Shown here piece after piece: positions 18,338 through 27,579 of a stretch of DNA of 64,000 nucleotides. The notes under the pieces were generated by a model. It made no database searches, had not been told where the DNA came from, and saw only the letters and a program-made list of their open reading frames with translations. Every line of letters starts with the position of its first letter. The stretch's first letter is position 1. Source of the stretch: an uncultured Candidatus Saccharibacteria bacterium (lineage in GTDB: Bacteria; Patescibacteriota; Minisyncoccia; Phycocordibacterales; CAYQYW01); NCBI GenBank assembly GCA_964421995.1, contig CAYQYW010000005.1, positions 2,203 through 66,202 of the forward strand, in the 5' to 3' direction. Position numbers and translations under genes: made by a program.

Positions 18338-21013
18338 ATGGCACCGTTTAACAACTTCACTACAAAAGCAAAAGAGGCAATACGAAAGGCTCATGAGTTG
18401 GCTATTGAGCGTGGTCAAAATCATGTGAATCCATTGCATTTACTTACCGCACTCGTGCTTCAAGAAGAAAGCACCGTATATTCAATTTTAGAGAAACTAG
18501 ACGCAGATACCATCTTCCTAACCGATTCACTCATGGACTTACTTGAAACTCCTGAGACTGCACCGGTTATGTCGCAGTCATATCAGCTCTACCTTACTCC
18601 TGAATTAGCACAGGTACTCGAAGGTGCTACAAAGCTTGCACAGCAAATGGGCGATCAGTTTGTTTCGACAGAACATTTATTTATTGCTATTTTTGACTAT
18701 CCAGGTCCTGCACAAGAGATTTTGGTGCAGTTTCAATTTGATCGACAGACTGTCCTGGATATCGTTGAGGAGCTACGAGAGAATAATATTTCAGACATTA
18801 AGCAACCAAAAGGAAATCGATCAATTCAAAAGTACACACGAAGTCTTACAGAACTTGCACGAGATAATAAGTTAGATCCCGTCATTGGACGTGAAATGGA
18901 AATTGGTAGAGCAATACAAATACTTTCTCGTCGTACGAAGAATAACCCAATCTTCATTGGAGAGGCAGGAGTTGGAAAAACTGCAATTGCAGAAGGGTTG
19001 GCGCAGCGCATGGCAACGGGTGATGTTCCAGAATCTCTAAAAGAAAAAGACTTAGTAATGCTCGATCTCGGTCTTTTGATTGCAGGAACAAAATATCGAG
19101 GAGAATTCGAAGAACGATTGAAGGGTATTATGAAAGAAGTTGAACGGTCTGAAGGACAGATTATTCTCTTTATTGATGAGATTCATACCATTGTTGGAGC
19201 TGGAGCTGTTGAGGGACAAATGGATGCATCTAATATGCTAAAACCTGCTCTCGCAAGAGGAGAATTACGGGTAATTGGTGCTACTACGCTTAAGGAATAC
19301 CAAAAGCACATTGAGCGTGATCCTGCGCTCACACGCCGATTTCAACCTATCCACGTACAAGAACCATCACTTGATGATGCTATTGCGATTCTTCGAGGAC
19401 TTCGAGAAAAGTATGAGTTATTCCATGGGGTTAGAATTACCGATGATTCTATTGTTGCCGCAGTTACGTTAAGTAGTAGGTATATTACTGATCGTTTCTT
19501 GCCGGACAAGGCAGTTGACCTTATTGACGAAGCTGCTTCTGCGCTTCGAATTTCACTTGAGAACAAACCACCTGAACTTGAAGATGCACATCGAAAGATA
19601 CTACGTCTTGAGATTGAGAAGCGGGCAGTTTCAAAGGATGATAACAAGAAGGCAAAGGCACGAGTACGAAAAATAGAAAAAGATATTGCAGACTTAAAAG
19701 AAAAAACGTCTGAACTTGAGTTAAAATGGGGAAATGAGAAAGAGACGTTAGTTGATATTAAAAACATTAAAGAGGATCTTGAATCAATTCGTCTTGAGGC
19801 TGAGGCAGCTGAGGCAATCGCTGACTTAACGAAAGCTGCGGAGCTTCGATATAGCACGATACCAACATTGGAAAAAAACCTTGAAGTAAAGATAAAACGA
19901 TTAAAGAAACTACAAAAATCTCGGCGTATTTTGAAAGAGGAAGTTACCGAAGAAGATATTGCTGCGGTTGTTGCAGGGTGGACGAACATACCTGTCTCAC
20001 GAATGCTTGAGGAAGAAGCAGAGAAGCTTTCACGAATGGAGGCAACATTACGTAAACGTGTGGTTGGTCAGGAGGATGCCATTTCCATGGTGTCCGACGC
20101 GGTGAAGCGATCACGTGCCGGAGTGTCTGACCCCAATAGACCAATTGGCTCATTCCTTTTCTTGGGTCCGAGTGGAGTAGGAAAAACAGAACTTACTAAA
20201 GCGCTTGCCGAGTTTATGTTTGATGATGAGAAGGCATTACTACGAGTAGATATGTCTGAGTACATGGAGAGACATTCAGTGTCAAAAATTATTGGTTCGC
20301 CTCCCGGATACGTAGGACACGAGGAAGGAGGAAATCTTACCGAGTTAGTTCGTCACCGGCCGTACTCAGTGATTCTCTTTGATGAAATTGAGAAGGCTCA
20401 CCCTGAAGTATTTAATATATTACTCCAGGTATTAGATGACGGTCACCTAACGGATGCAAAAGGAAGAAAGGTTAATTTCAAAAATACGATTATTATTCTT
20501 ACCTCAAACATTGGTTCAGAGCATATTGACAAAATGACGAACCTTGGATTTGCACAGGATAATAAAAATGACGAAGCCCAGTACGTTCAAACAAAGGAGA
20601 AGGTCATGGATTCTCTTAAGGAATTTTTCCGGCCTGAGTTCTTGAATCGATTGGATGACAATATTATCTTTGATATTTTGAAGCCCGAGGTTATTAAGGA
20701 TATTGTAAAGATTCAAATTGGCATTGTTATTAACCGACTGAAAGAAAAGGAAATTAGACTGAACGTATCTCATACTGTTTTGGATTACATGGCAAAAGAG
20801 GGATACAATCCACAGTATGGAGCTCGTCCACTAAAGCGATTGATTCAGAATAAAATTCTTACCAAAGTAGCATCGCTCATGGTATCACGTGGTGTGATGG
20901 AAGGAGGGTCTGTCTCTGTAGGAATGAAGGGAGACGAGTTTACCTTTGCAGTTACTAAGAAAAGAGTACCTATTAAAAAAGCTTCAAAAAAGAGAGAAAA
21001 AGTGTTAGTCTAG
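18338..21013 (+). CDS. clpB: ATP-dependent chaperone ClpB
   Basis: 891 aa. Clp N-domain, two AAA+ modules ([30 protein letters not shown]), long coiled-coil middle domain, [18 protein letters not shown]. Confidence 0.95.
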   Translation: MAPFNNFTTKAKEAIRKAHELAIERGQNHVNPLHLLTALVLQEESTVYSILEKLDADTIFLTDSLMDLLETPETAPVMSQSYQLYLTPELAQVLEGATKLAQQMGDQFVSTEHLFIAIFDYPGPAQEILVQFQFDRQTVLDIVEELRENNISDIKQPKGNRSIQKYTRSLTELARDNKLDPVIGREMEIGRAIQILSRRTKNNPIFIGEAGVGKTAIAEGLAQRMATGDVPESLKEKDLVMLDLGLLIAGTKYRGEFEERLKGIMKEVERSEGQIILFIDEIHTIVGAGAVEGQMDASNMLKPALARGELRVIGATTLKEYQKHIERDPALTRRFQPIHVQEPSLDDAIAILRGLREKYELFHGVRITDDSIVAAVTLSSRYITDRFLPDKAVDLIDEAASALRISLENKPPELEDAHRKILRLEIEKRAVSKDDNKKAKARVRKIEKDIADLKEKTSELELKWGNEKETLVDIKNIKEDLESIRLEAEAAEAIADLTKAAELRYSTIPTLEKNLEVKIKRLKKLQKSRRILKEEVTEEDIAAVVAGWTNIPVSRMLEEEAEKLSRMEATLRKRVVGQEDAISMVSDAVKRSRAGVSDPNRPIGSFLFLGPSGVGKTELTKALAEFMFDDEKALLRVDMSEYMERHSVSKIIGSPPGYVGHEEGGNLTELVRHRPYSVILFDEIEKAHPEVFNILLQVLDDGHLTDAKGRKVNFKNTIIILTSNIGSEHIDKMTNLGFAQDNKNDEAQYVQTKEKVMDSLKEFFRPEFLNRLDDNIIFDILKPEVIKDIVKIQIGIVINRLKEKEIRLNVSHTVLDYMAKEGYNPQYGARPLKRLIQNKILTKVASLMVSRGVMEGGSVSVGMKGDEFTFAVTKKRVPIKKASKKREKVLV

Positions 21014-21020
21014 GCTCTAT

Positions 21021-21106
21021 GCGTCGGTGGCAGAGCGGTCAAATGCACGAGGCTGTAAACTTCGCGACTTCGGTCTACGCAGGTTCGAATCCTGCCCGGC
21101 GCACCA
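21021..21106 (+). tRNA. tRNA-Tyr (anticodon GTA), CCA encoded
   Basis: GCGTCGGTGGCAGAGCGGTCAAATGCACGAGGCTGTAAACTTCG...GCAGGTTCGAATCCTGCCCGGCGCACCA. Loop CTGTAAA. Long variable arm. Confidence 0.8.
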
Positions 21107-21118
21107 AAATTAGCTACC

Positions 21119-21991
21119 ATGAAAATTCTTATCACTGGAGATGCAGGCTTTCTTGCTTCAAGGGTCATGGACGCTTTATTCAAGGCAGGATATGATGTTG
21201 TGGGTTATGATAAAGTTCGTGGGGATGACTTGCTTGATCTAGCACACGTTGAAGACGTGGTAAGCAGTGTTGATGTTGTTTTTCATATTGCCGGGGAAGC
21301 AGATTCAGTAAAAATGAGTAACTCACTTCCTGCTGGCAGAGCGGGTGTTTTAAATAATGTTGATGCGACACACAATATAGCATATGCATGTGCAAAACAT
21401 AGAAAGTGGATTATTTTTTCATCAACCATATGTGTCTATGGTAATTCTACAAAATATGTTGAAATCCCGAGCCCTGTTGGACTATATGCATGTTCGAAGT
21501 ATGTGGCAGAATTACTTATTAAAGGATACGGAAGTAGTCATGGATTGCCTTGGACGATTCAAAGATATTCAACTGTGTATGGTCCTGGTATAAATACTGC
21601 CCTCACACTCCACAAATTTTTTAAGCAGGCCATAAATAATGAACCAATTATGCTTTATGGCGATGGTAATCAGGAAAAAACAATGGTGTATGTTGATGAT
21701 ATGATTCAAGGAATTATTTCAGTTCTTGAGCATCCTGAAGACGCAAAAAATGAAATTTTTAATCTATCAAATACGGTAGCAATTCCAGTTCGACAAATTG
21801 TAGAAGATATTATTGCTATATCCGAGTCCTCTTCAGAAATAGTAATGTCATTAGAACAGGGAAAACAAACTACACATGGAGGATTTACTACTAAAAAGAC
21901 AAAGGATCTTTTACACTGGGAAGCTACTACCTCATGGGAGTATGGTCTCAAAGAAACTTATCATTGGATGAAATCGCACTATGGTAGATAA
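21119..21991 (+). CDS. NAD-dependent epimerase/dehydratase (extended SDR family)
   Basis: N-terminal Rossmann ILITGDAGFLAS. Catalytic YACSKYVAE (YxxxK). S-T-Y-K geometry consistent with UDP-sugar epimerases. Confidence 0.7.
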   Translation: MKILITGDAGFLASRVMDALFKAGYDVVGYDKVRGDDLLDLAHVEDVVSSVDVVFHIAGEADSVKMSNSLPAGRAGVLNNVDATHNIAYACAKHRKWIIFSSTICVYGNSTKYVEIPSPVGLYACSKYVAELLIKGYGSSHGLPWTIQRYSTVYGPGINTALTLHKFFKQAINNEPIMLYGDGNQEKTMVYVDDMIQGIISVLEHPEDAKNEIFNLSNTVAIPVRQIVEDIIAISESSSEIVMSLEQGKQTTHGGFTTKKTKDLLHWEATTSWEYGLKETYHWMKSHYGR

Positions 21992-23084
21992 ACTATTACT
22001 CAAAGATATACTTGTTAACAAAAAGAAGATTCAGCTTCTTAGTGTTGTATTAAAGAAAGCATACCCAACGTTAGACCAGAAGAAATTTGAAAAAGATATC
22101 GTAAAGAAATTTCCTCAACTTGAACTGAAGGAACGTATTCATTGGATTACCAAAAATATTAAAGAATATTTACCGAATGATTATGAGGTTACGTTACAAA
22201 TACTTATACATTCACTAAAAGATGAAGAACAAACTGATATGTTTGTGTATGCTTCGTATTCAGATTATGTAGAGATGTATGGTAGTGACAAGAAGTATTT
22301 AAAAAAGTCACTAACAGCTCTTGGTGAATTCACGAAACATTTTTCGGCTGAGTTTGCCATTAGACTATTCATCAATAAATTTCCAAAAGAAACATTTGAG
22401 AAAATGCAAAAGTGGTCCATGAGTAAAAATGTTCACCAAAGAAGATTAGCATCAGAAGGATTGCGTCCAAAGCTTCCGTGGGCAGTTGGAATTACATTTG
22501 ATTACAAAAAAGGAGTCAGTGTTCTTGATAATCTCTTCTATGATGCAGAGCGATATGTTACAAGATCAGTTGCAAATCACTTAAATGATATTTCAAAATT
22601 TGATCCTGATTTTGTTGTTCAGATATTAAAGAAATGGAAAAAGTCTAAAAAGCAAAATGATGTTGAAATGAAATACATTATTCAGCATTCTTTGCGAACT
22701 TCTATTAAAAAGGGTCACACGAGTACACTTGCGTTTTTGGGATATAACTCAGATTGTAGTGTTGTGGTAAACAAACTAAAGCTAAAAGAAAAAGAAATTA
22801 AGATAAATGAATCCGTTGAATTTTCGTTTGAAATTGAGGGAAAAAAAGAAGAGAATTTAATTATTGATTATAAGATAATTTACCCCAATCCAACAAATAG
22901 ACACTCAGAGAAAGTTTTTAAGATCAAAACAGCTACGATAAAGAAGGGAGAAAGGTTGGTAGTAGTTAAAAAACACGCATTTAAGGTAATGACTACCAAA
23001 AAATTATACTCAGGTGAATATACGCTAGAAGTACAAATTAATGGTAGGACCTTGGCATCGACTATGTTTAGCCTAGAGGTGTAA
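21981..23084 (+). CDS. HEAT-like-repeat DNA alkylation repair glycosylase (AlkC/AlkD family) with C-terminal Ig-like domain
   Basis: RRLASEGLRP and TRSVANHLND motifs of the DNA_alkylation (PF08713-like) family. About 100-aa beta-rich C-terminal extension (EFSFEIEGKKEEN...YTLEVQINGRT) like the Ig-like domain described for AlkC. Confidence 0.5.
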   Translation: MVDKLLLKDILVNKKKIQLLSVVLKKAYPTLDQKKFEKDIVKKFPQLELKERIHWITKNIKEYLPNDYEVTLQILIHSLKDEEQTDMFVYASYSDYVEMYGSDKKYLKKSLTALGEFTKHFSAEFAIRLFINKFPKETFEKMQKWSMSKNVHQRRLASEGLRPKLPWAVGITFDYKKGVSVLDNLFYDAERYVTRSVANHLNDISKFDPDFVVQILKKWKKSKKQNDVEMKYIIQHSLRTSIKKGHTSTLAFLGYNSDCSVVVNKLKLKEKEIKINESVEFSFEIEGKKEENLIIDYKIIYPNPTNRHSEKVFKIKTATIKKGERLVVVKKHAFKVMTTKKLYSGEYTLEVQINGRTLASTMFSLEV

Positions 23085-23100
23085 CCCTCTTCTTTGGAAG

Positions 23101-23472
23101 ATGTTTTCCGTATACAATAAACAAATGAGAACTGCACTACTTATCATTCTTTTTGTACCTGTTGTTGCTTCAGCGCAAGTTATGCAGTGCGACAGTATAC
23201 AGCTAATAGATAACATTATTAAATTTCTTGTAGGGTTAGCTGTTGTGATTGCAACACTTTTCTTTGCTTTTGTTGCTATTAAATATATTACGTCTGGCAC
23301 GAAGCCAGATAAAGTTAGTGAAGCTCATAAAATATTCTTTGATATACTATTTGCTTTAGTAATTGTTCTTATACTATGGTTTACTGCTGATGTGATTCTT
23401 CGGGTGATTCCTATAGAAAATATAGAACGGAGCGGGATAACCCCGTGGTCAGAAGTGATTTGTATAGATTGA
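23101..23472 (+). CDS. TrbC/VirB2-like pilin-like small membrane protein, diverged sixth paralog
   Basis: Signal peptide (VVASA-QV). Helix LVGLAVVIATLFFAFVAI, charged loop SGTKPDKVSEAHK, helix FFDILFALVIVLILWF. Same architecture as the 12-13.5 kb array. Confidence 0.4.
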   Translation: MFSVYNKQMRTALLIILFVPVVASAQVMQCDSIQLIDNIIKFLVGLAVVIATLFFAFVAIKYITSGTKPDKVSEAHKIFFDILFALVIVLILWFTADVILRVIPIENIERSGITPWSEVICID

Positions 23473-23504
23473 CTAATATTCCCAAAACCCTTATAGTAGT
23501 ACCC

Positions 23505-23672
23505 ATGTCACAGGACAATTTAGTAAAAATGAAATCTACAAAATCAAAGCATATTCTTTGGACCAGTAGAAAGAAGAACGCTGCCAGCGTGCAGTGGCGA
23601 GAGAAGCTTGAATTTATCAAATTTGACCCGACCATACGAAAAAGGGTTTTATTCAAGCAAACAAAGAAATAG
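23505..23672 (+). CDS. rpmG: 50S ribosomal protein L33
   Basis: SKHILWTSRKKNAASVQWREKLEFIKFDPTIRKRVLFKQTKK aligns with L33 ([31 protein letters not shown].K). Start at MSQDN (23505); alternative start at MKST (23529). Confidence 0.65.
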   Translation: MSQDNLVKMKSTKSKHILWTSRKKNAASVQWREKLEFIKFDPTIRKRVLFKQTKK

Positions 23673-23712
23673 TCTCACAAGGGACTATTTTTTTGATATA
23701 CTAGAGATTCAC

Positions 23713-23787
23713 GGGCCCATAGTTCAATGGTTAGAATTACGGTTTCCAAAACCGCCGATCGAGGTTCGAATCCTCGTGGGCCCGCCA
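23713..23787 (+). tRNA. tRNA-Trp (anticodon CCA), CCA encoded
   Basis: GGGCCCATAGTTCAATGGTTAGAATTACGGTTTCCAAAACCGCCGATCGAGGTTCGAATCCTCGTGGGCCCGCCA. Loop TTCCAAA. Confidence 0.85.
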
Positions 23788-23868
23788 AGAATACTTATTA
23801 TCGGAAGACCCTAAGGCCTTGATATATAAAGTAGCTGGGTCTATATAGACAATTTTTCTATAACTATT

Positions 23869-24216
23869 TTATTTCTTAACCTTATACAACATTCCAAACT
23901 TCTCCAGCTCATCAATCGCAGGTTTTAAGTGAAGCCCTCTTTTTGTAAGTTTGTATTCCACTTTTGGAGGAACAACAGGATATACTTTTCGCTCTATCAG
24001 TCCATCACTCTCAAGTTCTCGAAGAGACTGAATAAGCATTTTATCGGTCACTTTTGAAACTTCATTAATCCCTTTTTTTATCTCTCCATATCGAGCAACT
24101 TTTGCGTCATAGAGAAGCATCCAAACAATAATTCCTTTCCATTTCCCCATAAGCACACTCAAGGTGAGCTGTAGTGGACACACATATTCTTTTTTATTTA
24201 TTCCGTACAGAGTCAT
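23869..24216 (-). CDS. HxlR-family winged-helix transcriptional regulator
   Basis: CPLQLTLSVLMGKWKGIIVWML...RYGEIKKGINEVSKVTDKMLIQSLRELESDGLIERKVYPVVPPKVEYKLT is the HxlR (DUF24) signature. Confidence 0.75.
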   Translation of the reverse strand: MTLYGINKKEYVCPLQLTLSVLMGKWKGIIVWMLLYDAKVARYGEIKKGINEVSKVTDKMLIQSLRELESDGLIERKVYPVVPPKVEYKLTKRGLHLKPAIDELEKFGMLYKVKK

Positions 24217-24317
24217 ACTGTCATTATAGTGAGTAGTATACTTTTTTGTGTATATTGCACAATAGATAGGAAATATTTATACTTAGTTATATTAATTACT
24301 CATTAACTAAATGTATT

Positions 24318-24710
24318 ATGCAAAAAACAATCACCGCCTTTGAGATTCCTTCAATAGATTTCGATCGTGCAGTCAAATTTTATAGTGCTGTCTTAGGAGG
24401 AGAGGTTAACATCGTAGACTTTGTAGGTCACGAAGGTCTTAAAAAAGGTATCTTACCCCATGCAGAGGGCGGAATAGCAGGAGCTATTGTTTGCGTACCA
24501 GAATATACAAAGCCAAGCGATCAAGGAGTTAATGTCTATTTATATGTATCTGATCTTGATACTGCACTACAAGAAACTGAAAAGATGGGTGGAAAAATCG
24601 TGGTTCCAAAAACAGATGCTGGAGAGACGGCTACGGGTGAAAAAGCTGGTGAATTTGCATGGATTATAGATAGTGAGGGTAATCGAGTAGCGTTAAATCA
24701 ACCTGAATAA
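24318..24710 (+). CDS. VOC-family (glyoxalase/bleomycin-resistance-fold) protein
   Basis: 130 aa, divergent from the HxlR regulator (a typical pairing). beta-alpha-beta-beta-beta pattern with GGKIVVPKTDAGE...WIIDSEGNRVAL. Confidence 0.6.
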   Translation: MQKTITAFEIPSIDFDRAVKFYSAVLGGEVNIVDFVGHEGLKKGILPHAEGGIAGAIVCVPEYTKPSDQGVNVYLYVSDLDTALQETEKMGGKIVVPKTDAGETATGEKAGEFAWIIDSEGNRVALNQPE

Positions 24711-24738
24711 ATAAGTAGATGTGTATAAGAAATTTTTA

Positions 24739-24879
24739 TGGCAGGATTGAGTTCTGAAAATAAACTGCGAGATATTTACAATATACGTATTGTAAAAATC
24801 TTTGCAAAAAGAATTAAAAAGACATACCCCGCTTTCAATGAGCGTGGTTTTGTTATGGCTATTCAGGCAACATTATAAT
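24739..24879 (+). pseudogene. Possible remnant of an AlkC/AlkD-like gene N-terminus
   Basis: 47-codon ORF ...IVKIFAKRIKKTYPAFNERGF... resembles VVLKKAYPTLDQKKF of the 21981 gene. Followed by out-of-frame further similarity. Sits in a 300-bp otherwise noncoding gap. Confidence 0.2.
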
Positions 24880-25021
24880 CACTTAGTTTTGGTGATCGTT
24901 CAAAGGTTGCTATCGGTGAACCACATAAGTGTGATGAACTACGGTAGGTAAAAATAGATGAGCTGCCAGAACCAATGTACTCACAGTTTCCATTGTTTTT
25001 GGAGCGGTATAGAGAGAAGTT

Positions 25022-25888
25022 TTAAACAAACCTCTCAACCAAAGCATCAATCTCACCAGTCTGATCAACGTAAAACCAGTTAATTAATGGATCTCTCTTG
25101 AACCACGTCTTCTGTCTTTTCGAGAATTGAACGATCTTTGTTTCCAATTCTTCTATCATTTCTTCTTTAGTTATCTTTCCTTGTAGGAATCTAGAAACAT
25201 AGCGGTACTCAAGTCCTAATTGTTCCAGTCTTTCTAGTGATAGGTGGAGACCTTCAACTTCCTCGATCATTCCGTCGTCTATTCTTTTTAGTAGGCGATC
25301 GTGGATTTTTGCTCGTAGGTCATCTGTTTTAATTCCAATTTGAAGTACGTTGTACTTTTTATTTATTGTAAGACTAGGAACCTTACCAAGCGTCTCAACG
25401 ATTTCAAGCGCCCGTATTAATCGTGGCTTGTTATCTCTATCTACAGTCTCTGCTCTATCAGGGTCTTTTTCTTCCAATTCTTCTAACAGTTCATTGATTG
25501 ATTTTTTTTCAAGTTTTTTTCGTAATTTTTTATTTGGCGGAACTTCAGGAATAGACATGTTGTGTATGAGTGCATCTACATAGAAACCAGTACCTCCTGC
25601 GATGATGGGTATATTTCCTCTTTTAGTAATTTCTTCTATTTTTTGCTCTGCAAGTTCCTTGAAGTTGGCTACCGTAAATACATTTTTGGGGTCCTCCACA
25701 TCCAGGAGGTGATGCGGAATACCTCCCATTTCCTTTTTGGTGATTTTTCCGCTTCCAATATCAAGTCCTCGATAGACTTGCCGGGAGTCTGCTGAAATCA
25801 CCTCTCCGTTGAATTTTTTTGCAATATGCACTGCTAGATCACTTTTGCCAGAAGAAGTAGGTCCAATAATTGTAATTATTTTACGCAT
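25022..25888 (-). CDS. miaA: tRNA dimethylallyltransferase
   Basis: 288 aa. N-terminal P-loop IIGPTSSGKSDLA, ADSRQVYRGLDIGSGK. Confidence 0.9.
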   Translation of the reverse strand: MRKIITIIGPTSSGKSDLAVHIAKKFNGEVISADSRQVYRGLDIGSGKITKKEMGGIPHHLLDVEDPKNVFTVANFKELAEQKIEEITKRGNIPIIAGGTGFYVDALIHNMSIPEVPPNKKLRKKLEKKSINELLEELEEKDPDRAETVDRDNKPRLIRALEIVETLGKVPSLTINKKYNVLQIGIKTDDLRAKIHDRLLKRIDDGMIEEVEGLHLSLERLEQLGLEYRYVSRFLQGKITKEEMIEELETKIVQFSKRQKTWFKRDPLINWFYVDQTGEIDALVERFV

Positions 25889-25920
25889 AGTGATACTATA
25901 TACAGGATTAGTAAATAAAC
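25856..25920. repeat. 65-bp perfect direct repeat, copy 1 (miaA first 11 codons plus 32 bp upstream)
   Basis: AGTAGGTCCAATAATTGTAATTATTTTACGCATAGTGATACTATATACAGGATTAGTAAATAAAC, identical to 26728-26792. Confidence 0.9.
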
Positions 25921-25940
25921 AATATTTTACTTCCTCCAGA

Positions 25941-26636
25941 ATGAAGATTTATGATATGGATTTACAAGAATTTAAAACTCAATTTATAAAAAATGAACTG
26001 GAGATTACCAATAAATATGGAAAAATATTTTCTTTTATTGATTTTTCAAATGTAAATAATTGGTTTGAAAATGATACACAAGATTGGAATAATAAGCTTA
26101 TAGAAAAAAATGAAAAAATTGGAATTGATATTGCTAAATTAAAAAGATTTTCAGATATTTTTAGTCATAGAGTTAGGACCTACTATGGAGAAGATCCAAA
26201 AAATCCTAAATCTCTTGGTTTTACTCATGTTACAAGAAAGATTTTTAATAGAAGAAACGTTGTCACTAAAGATTTACAAAAAATTAAGCATTATATAGAG
26301 ATTGACAATAAAAAGGAGGAAAAATTTATTACTACAGATAGTGATGGCAATAATTACATAGAAATTCGTAAGTGTAATTTTGACGTTGAGATTTCAGTTG
26401 ACGCAATTAAAATGCTCAATCACTATGATACTTTTTGTATTTTTTCTGGAGATGCAGACTTTGTATACTTGAATAATTTTTTAAAGAAAAAAGGTAAAAA
26501 AGTGATTATTATAAAAGGAGGTTATATAATGACAAAATTAAGAAAATCTGCAAATTTAGTAATTAATGCTCAAAATATTAAAAAACATATAGCAAAAATA
26601 GAAAAAAGACCTGACAAGTCAGGTCTTTTCGGATAG
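25941..26636 (+). CDS. NYN-domain (LabA-like, PIN-like nuclease fold) protein
   Basis: FIDFSNVNNW near the N-terminus and FCIFSGDADFVYLNNFLKKKGKKVIII near the C-terminus are NYN/LabA hallmarks. Extremely AT-rich. Start set at MKIYDM (25941), so the gene no longer overlaps miaA. Confidence 0.6.
   Translation: MKIYDMDLQEFKTQFIKNELEITNKYGKIFSFIDFSNVNNWFENDTQDWNNKLIEKNEKIGIDIAKLKRFSDIFSHRVRTYYGEDPKNPKSLGFTHVTRKIFNRRNVVTKDLQKIKHYIEIDNKKEEKFITTDSDGNNYIEIRKCNFDVEISVDAIKMLNHYDTFCIFSGDADFVYLNNFLKKKGKKVIIIKGGYIMTKLRKSANLVINAQNIKKHIAKIEKRPDKSGLFG
26608..26629 (+). terminator. Rho-independent terminator overlapping the end of the NYN gene
   Basis: GACCTGAC-AA-GTCAGGTC hairpin followed by TTTT. Confidence 0.5.
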
Positions 26637-26727
26637 TTCTCCCGAATTAACCTCGGGCAGGTATGTGCATAATATATCATGTTTAACTTAGAGAATCAAT
26701 TGTATTCAACAACTTATTACCCTGTGT

Positions 26728-26792
26728 AGTAGGTCCAATAATTGTAATTATTTTACGCATAGTGATACTATATACAGGATTAGTAAATAAAC
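26728..26792. repeat. 65-bp perfect direct repeat, copy 2 (a non-functional duplicate of the miaA start and upstream region, now directly upstream of the peroxiredoxin gene)
   Basis: Identical to 25856-25920. Confidence 0.9.
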
Positions 26793-26804
26793 GATAAAAA
26801 TAAT

Positions 26805-27425
26805 ATGGACGATTATGAAGAAGATTTAATGATGTACCCGCTTCGTGTTGGAGAGATAGTTCCAGACATGGAGTTTGAGGTGTATCACAAGAATGATAGT
26901 AAAAAAATGAGATTCTCAGACTTTGATGGAAAGTGGCTGATTGTCTTTTTCTATCCTGCAGACTTTACCTTTATTTGTCCAACTGAATTAGGAGAAATGG
27001 CAGCTATGTACAAGGATTTTATTAAGGAAGGCGCTGAGGTACTGTCAGTGAGTACTGATACGGTGTACACCCATAAAGCATGGCATGACACTTCAAACAC
27101 AATTAAAAAGATTGAGTTTCCAATGATGGCTGATCCAAGTGGAAAAATTTCACGATTGTTTGGAACATACGTAGAAGAATTTGGAGAAGAACTTGTCGAT
27201 GATGAAGGATTGTCACTTCGAGGGAGTTTTATAATAAGTCCAGAAGGAGTAGTACAATCACTTGAAATTAATGCCAATAATATTGGGAGGAGTGCAAAGG
27301 AATTGTTAAGAAGGCTTCAGGCTGCTAAGTTTGCTGCAGAACATGATGGTCAAGTTTGTCCAGCGGAGTGGCAACCGGGAGATGATACGTTAGAGCCTGG
27401 AATGGATCTCGTAGGAAAGATTTAG
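26805..27425 (+). CDS. Typical 2-Cys peroxiredoxin (AhpC/TSA family)
   Basis: Peroxidatic Cys motif DFTFICPTE and resolving Cys GQVCPAEW. Confidence 0.9.
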   Translation: MDDYEEDLMMYPLRVGEIVPDMEFEVYHKNDSKKMRFSDFDGKWLIVFFYPADFTFICPTELGEMAAMYKDFIKEGAEVLSVSTDTVYTHKAWHDTSNTIKKIEFPMMADPSGKISRLFGTYVEEFGEELVDDEGLSLRGSFIISPEGVVQSLEINANNIGRSAKELLRRLQAAKFAAEHDGQVCPAEWQPGDDTLEPGMDLVGKI

Positions 27426-27447
27426 AAAAAACACCCCTTACGGGGTG

Positions 27448-27529
27448 TTTTACTTTGTGCCGCGAGAGAGAATCGAACTCTCACTCCCGAAGGAACACGA
27501 TTTTGAGTCGTGCGCGTCTACCAATTCCG
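27448..27529 (-). tRNA. tRNA-Leu (anticodon CAA)
   Basis: Reverse complement GCCGCGGTGGCGGAATTGGTAGACGCGCACGACTCAAAATCGTG...GAGAGTTCGATTCTCTCTCGCGGCA. Loop CTCAAAA. Long variable arm. Confidence 0.85.
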
Positions 27530-27579
27530 CCACCGCGGCATACCTGCTAGTTTAGCAAATATGTTATAATAATTCCAAC

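Noticed and set aside
19342-19989. 215-aa minus-strand ORF inside clpB
   Set aside because: Antisense to the strongly supported clpB coiled-coil region, with a low-complexity Ser/Ala-rich translation. Treated as an antisense artefact. The other internal antisense ORFs are treated the same way, e.g. 836-1126, 9748-10010, 39920-40366, 40885-41322, 56954-57490, 62062-62481.
23505-23787. Expectation of secE-nusG after rpmG and tRNA-Trp
   Set aside because: In many bacteria rpmG/tRNA-Trp precede secE-nusG. Here the next gene is a minus-strand HxlR regulator. This is a lineage-specific gene order rather than an anomaly.
25809-25940. N-terminal extension of the NYN ORF overlapping the miaA start
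   Set aside because: The extension is antisense to miaA coding sequence and to the promoter-containing 65-bp repeat. The internal Met at 25941 gives a standard NYN N-terminus. The extension was dropped.
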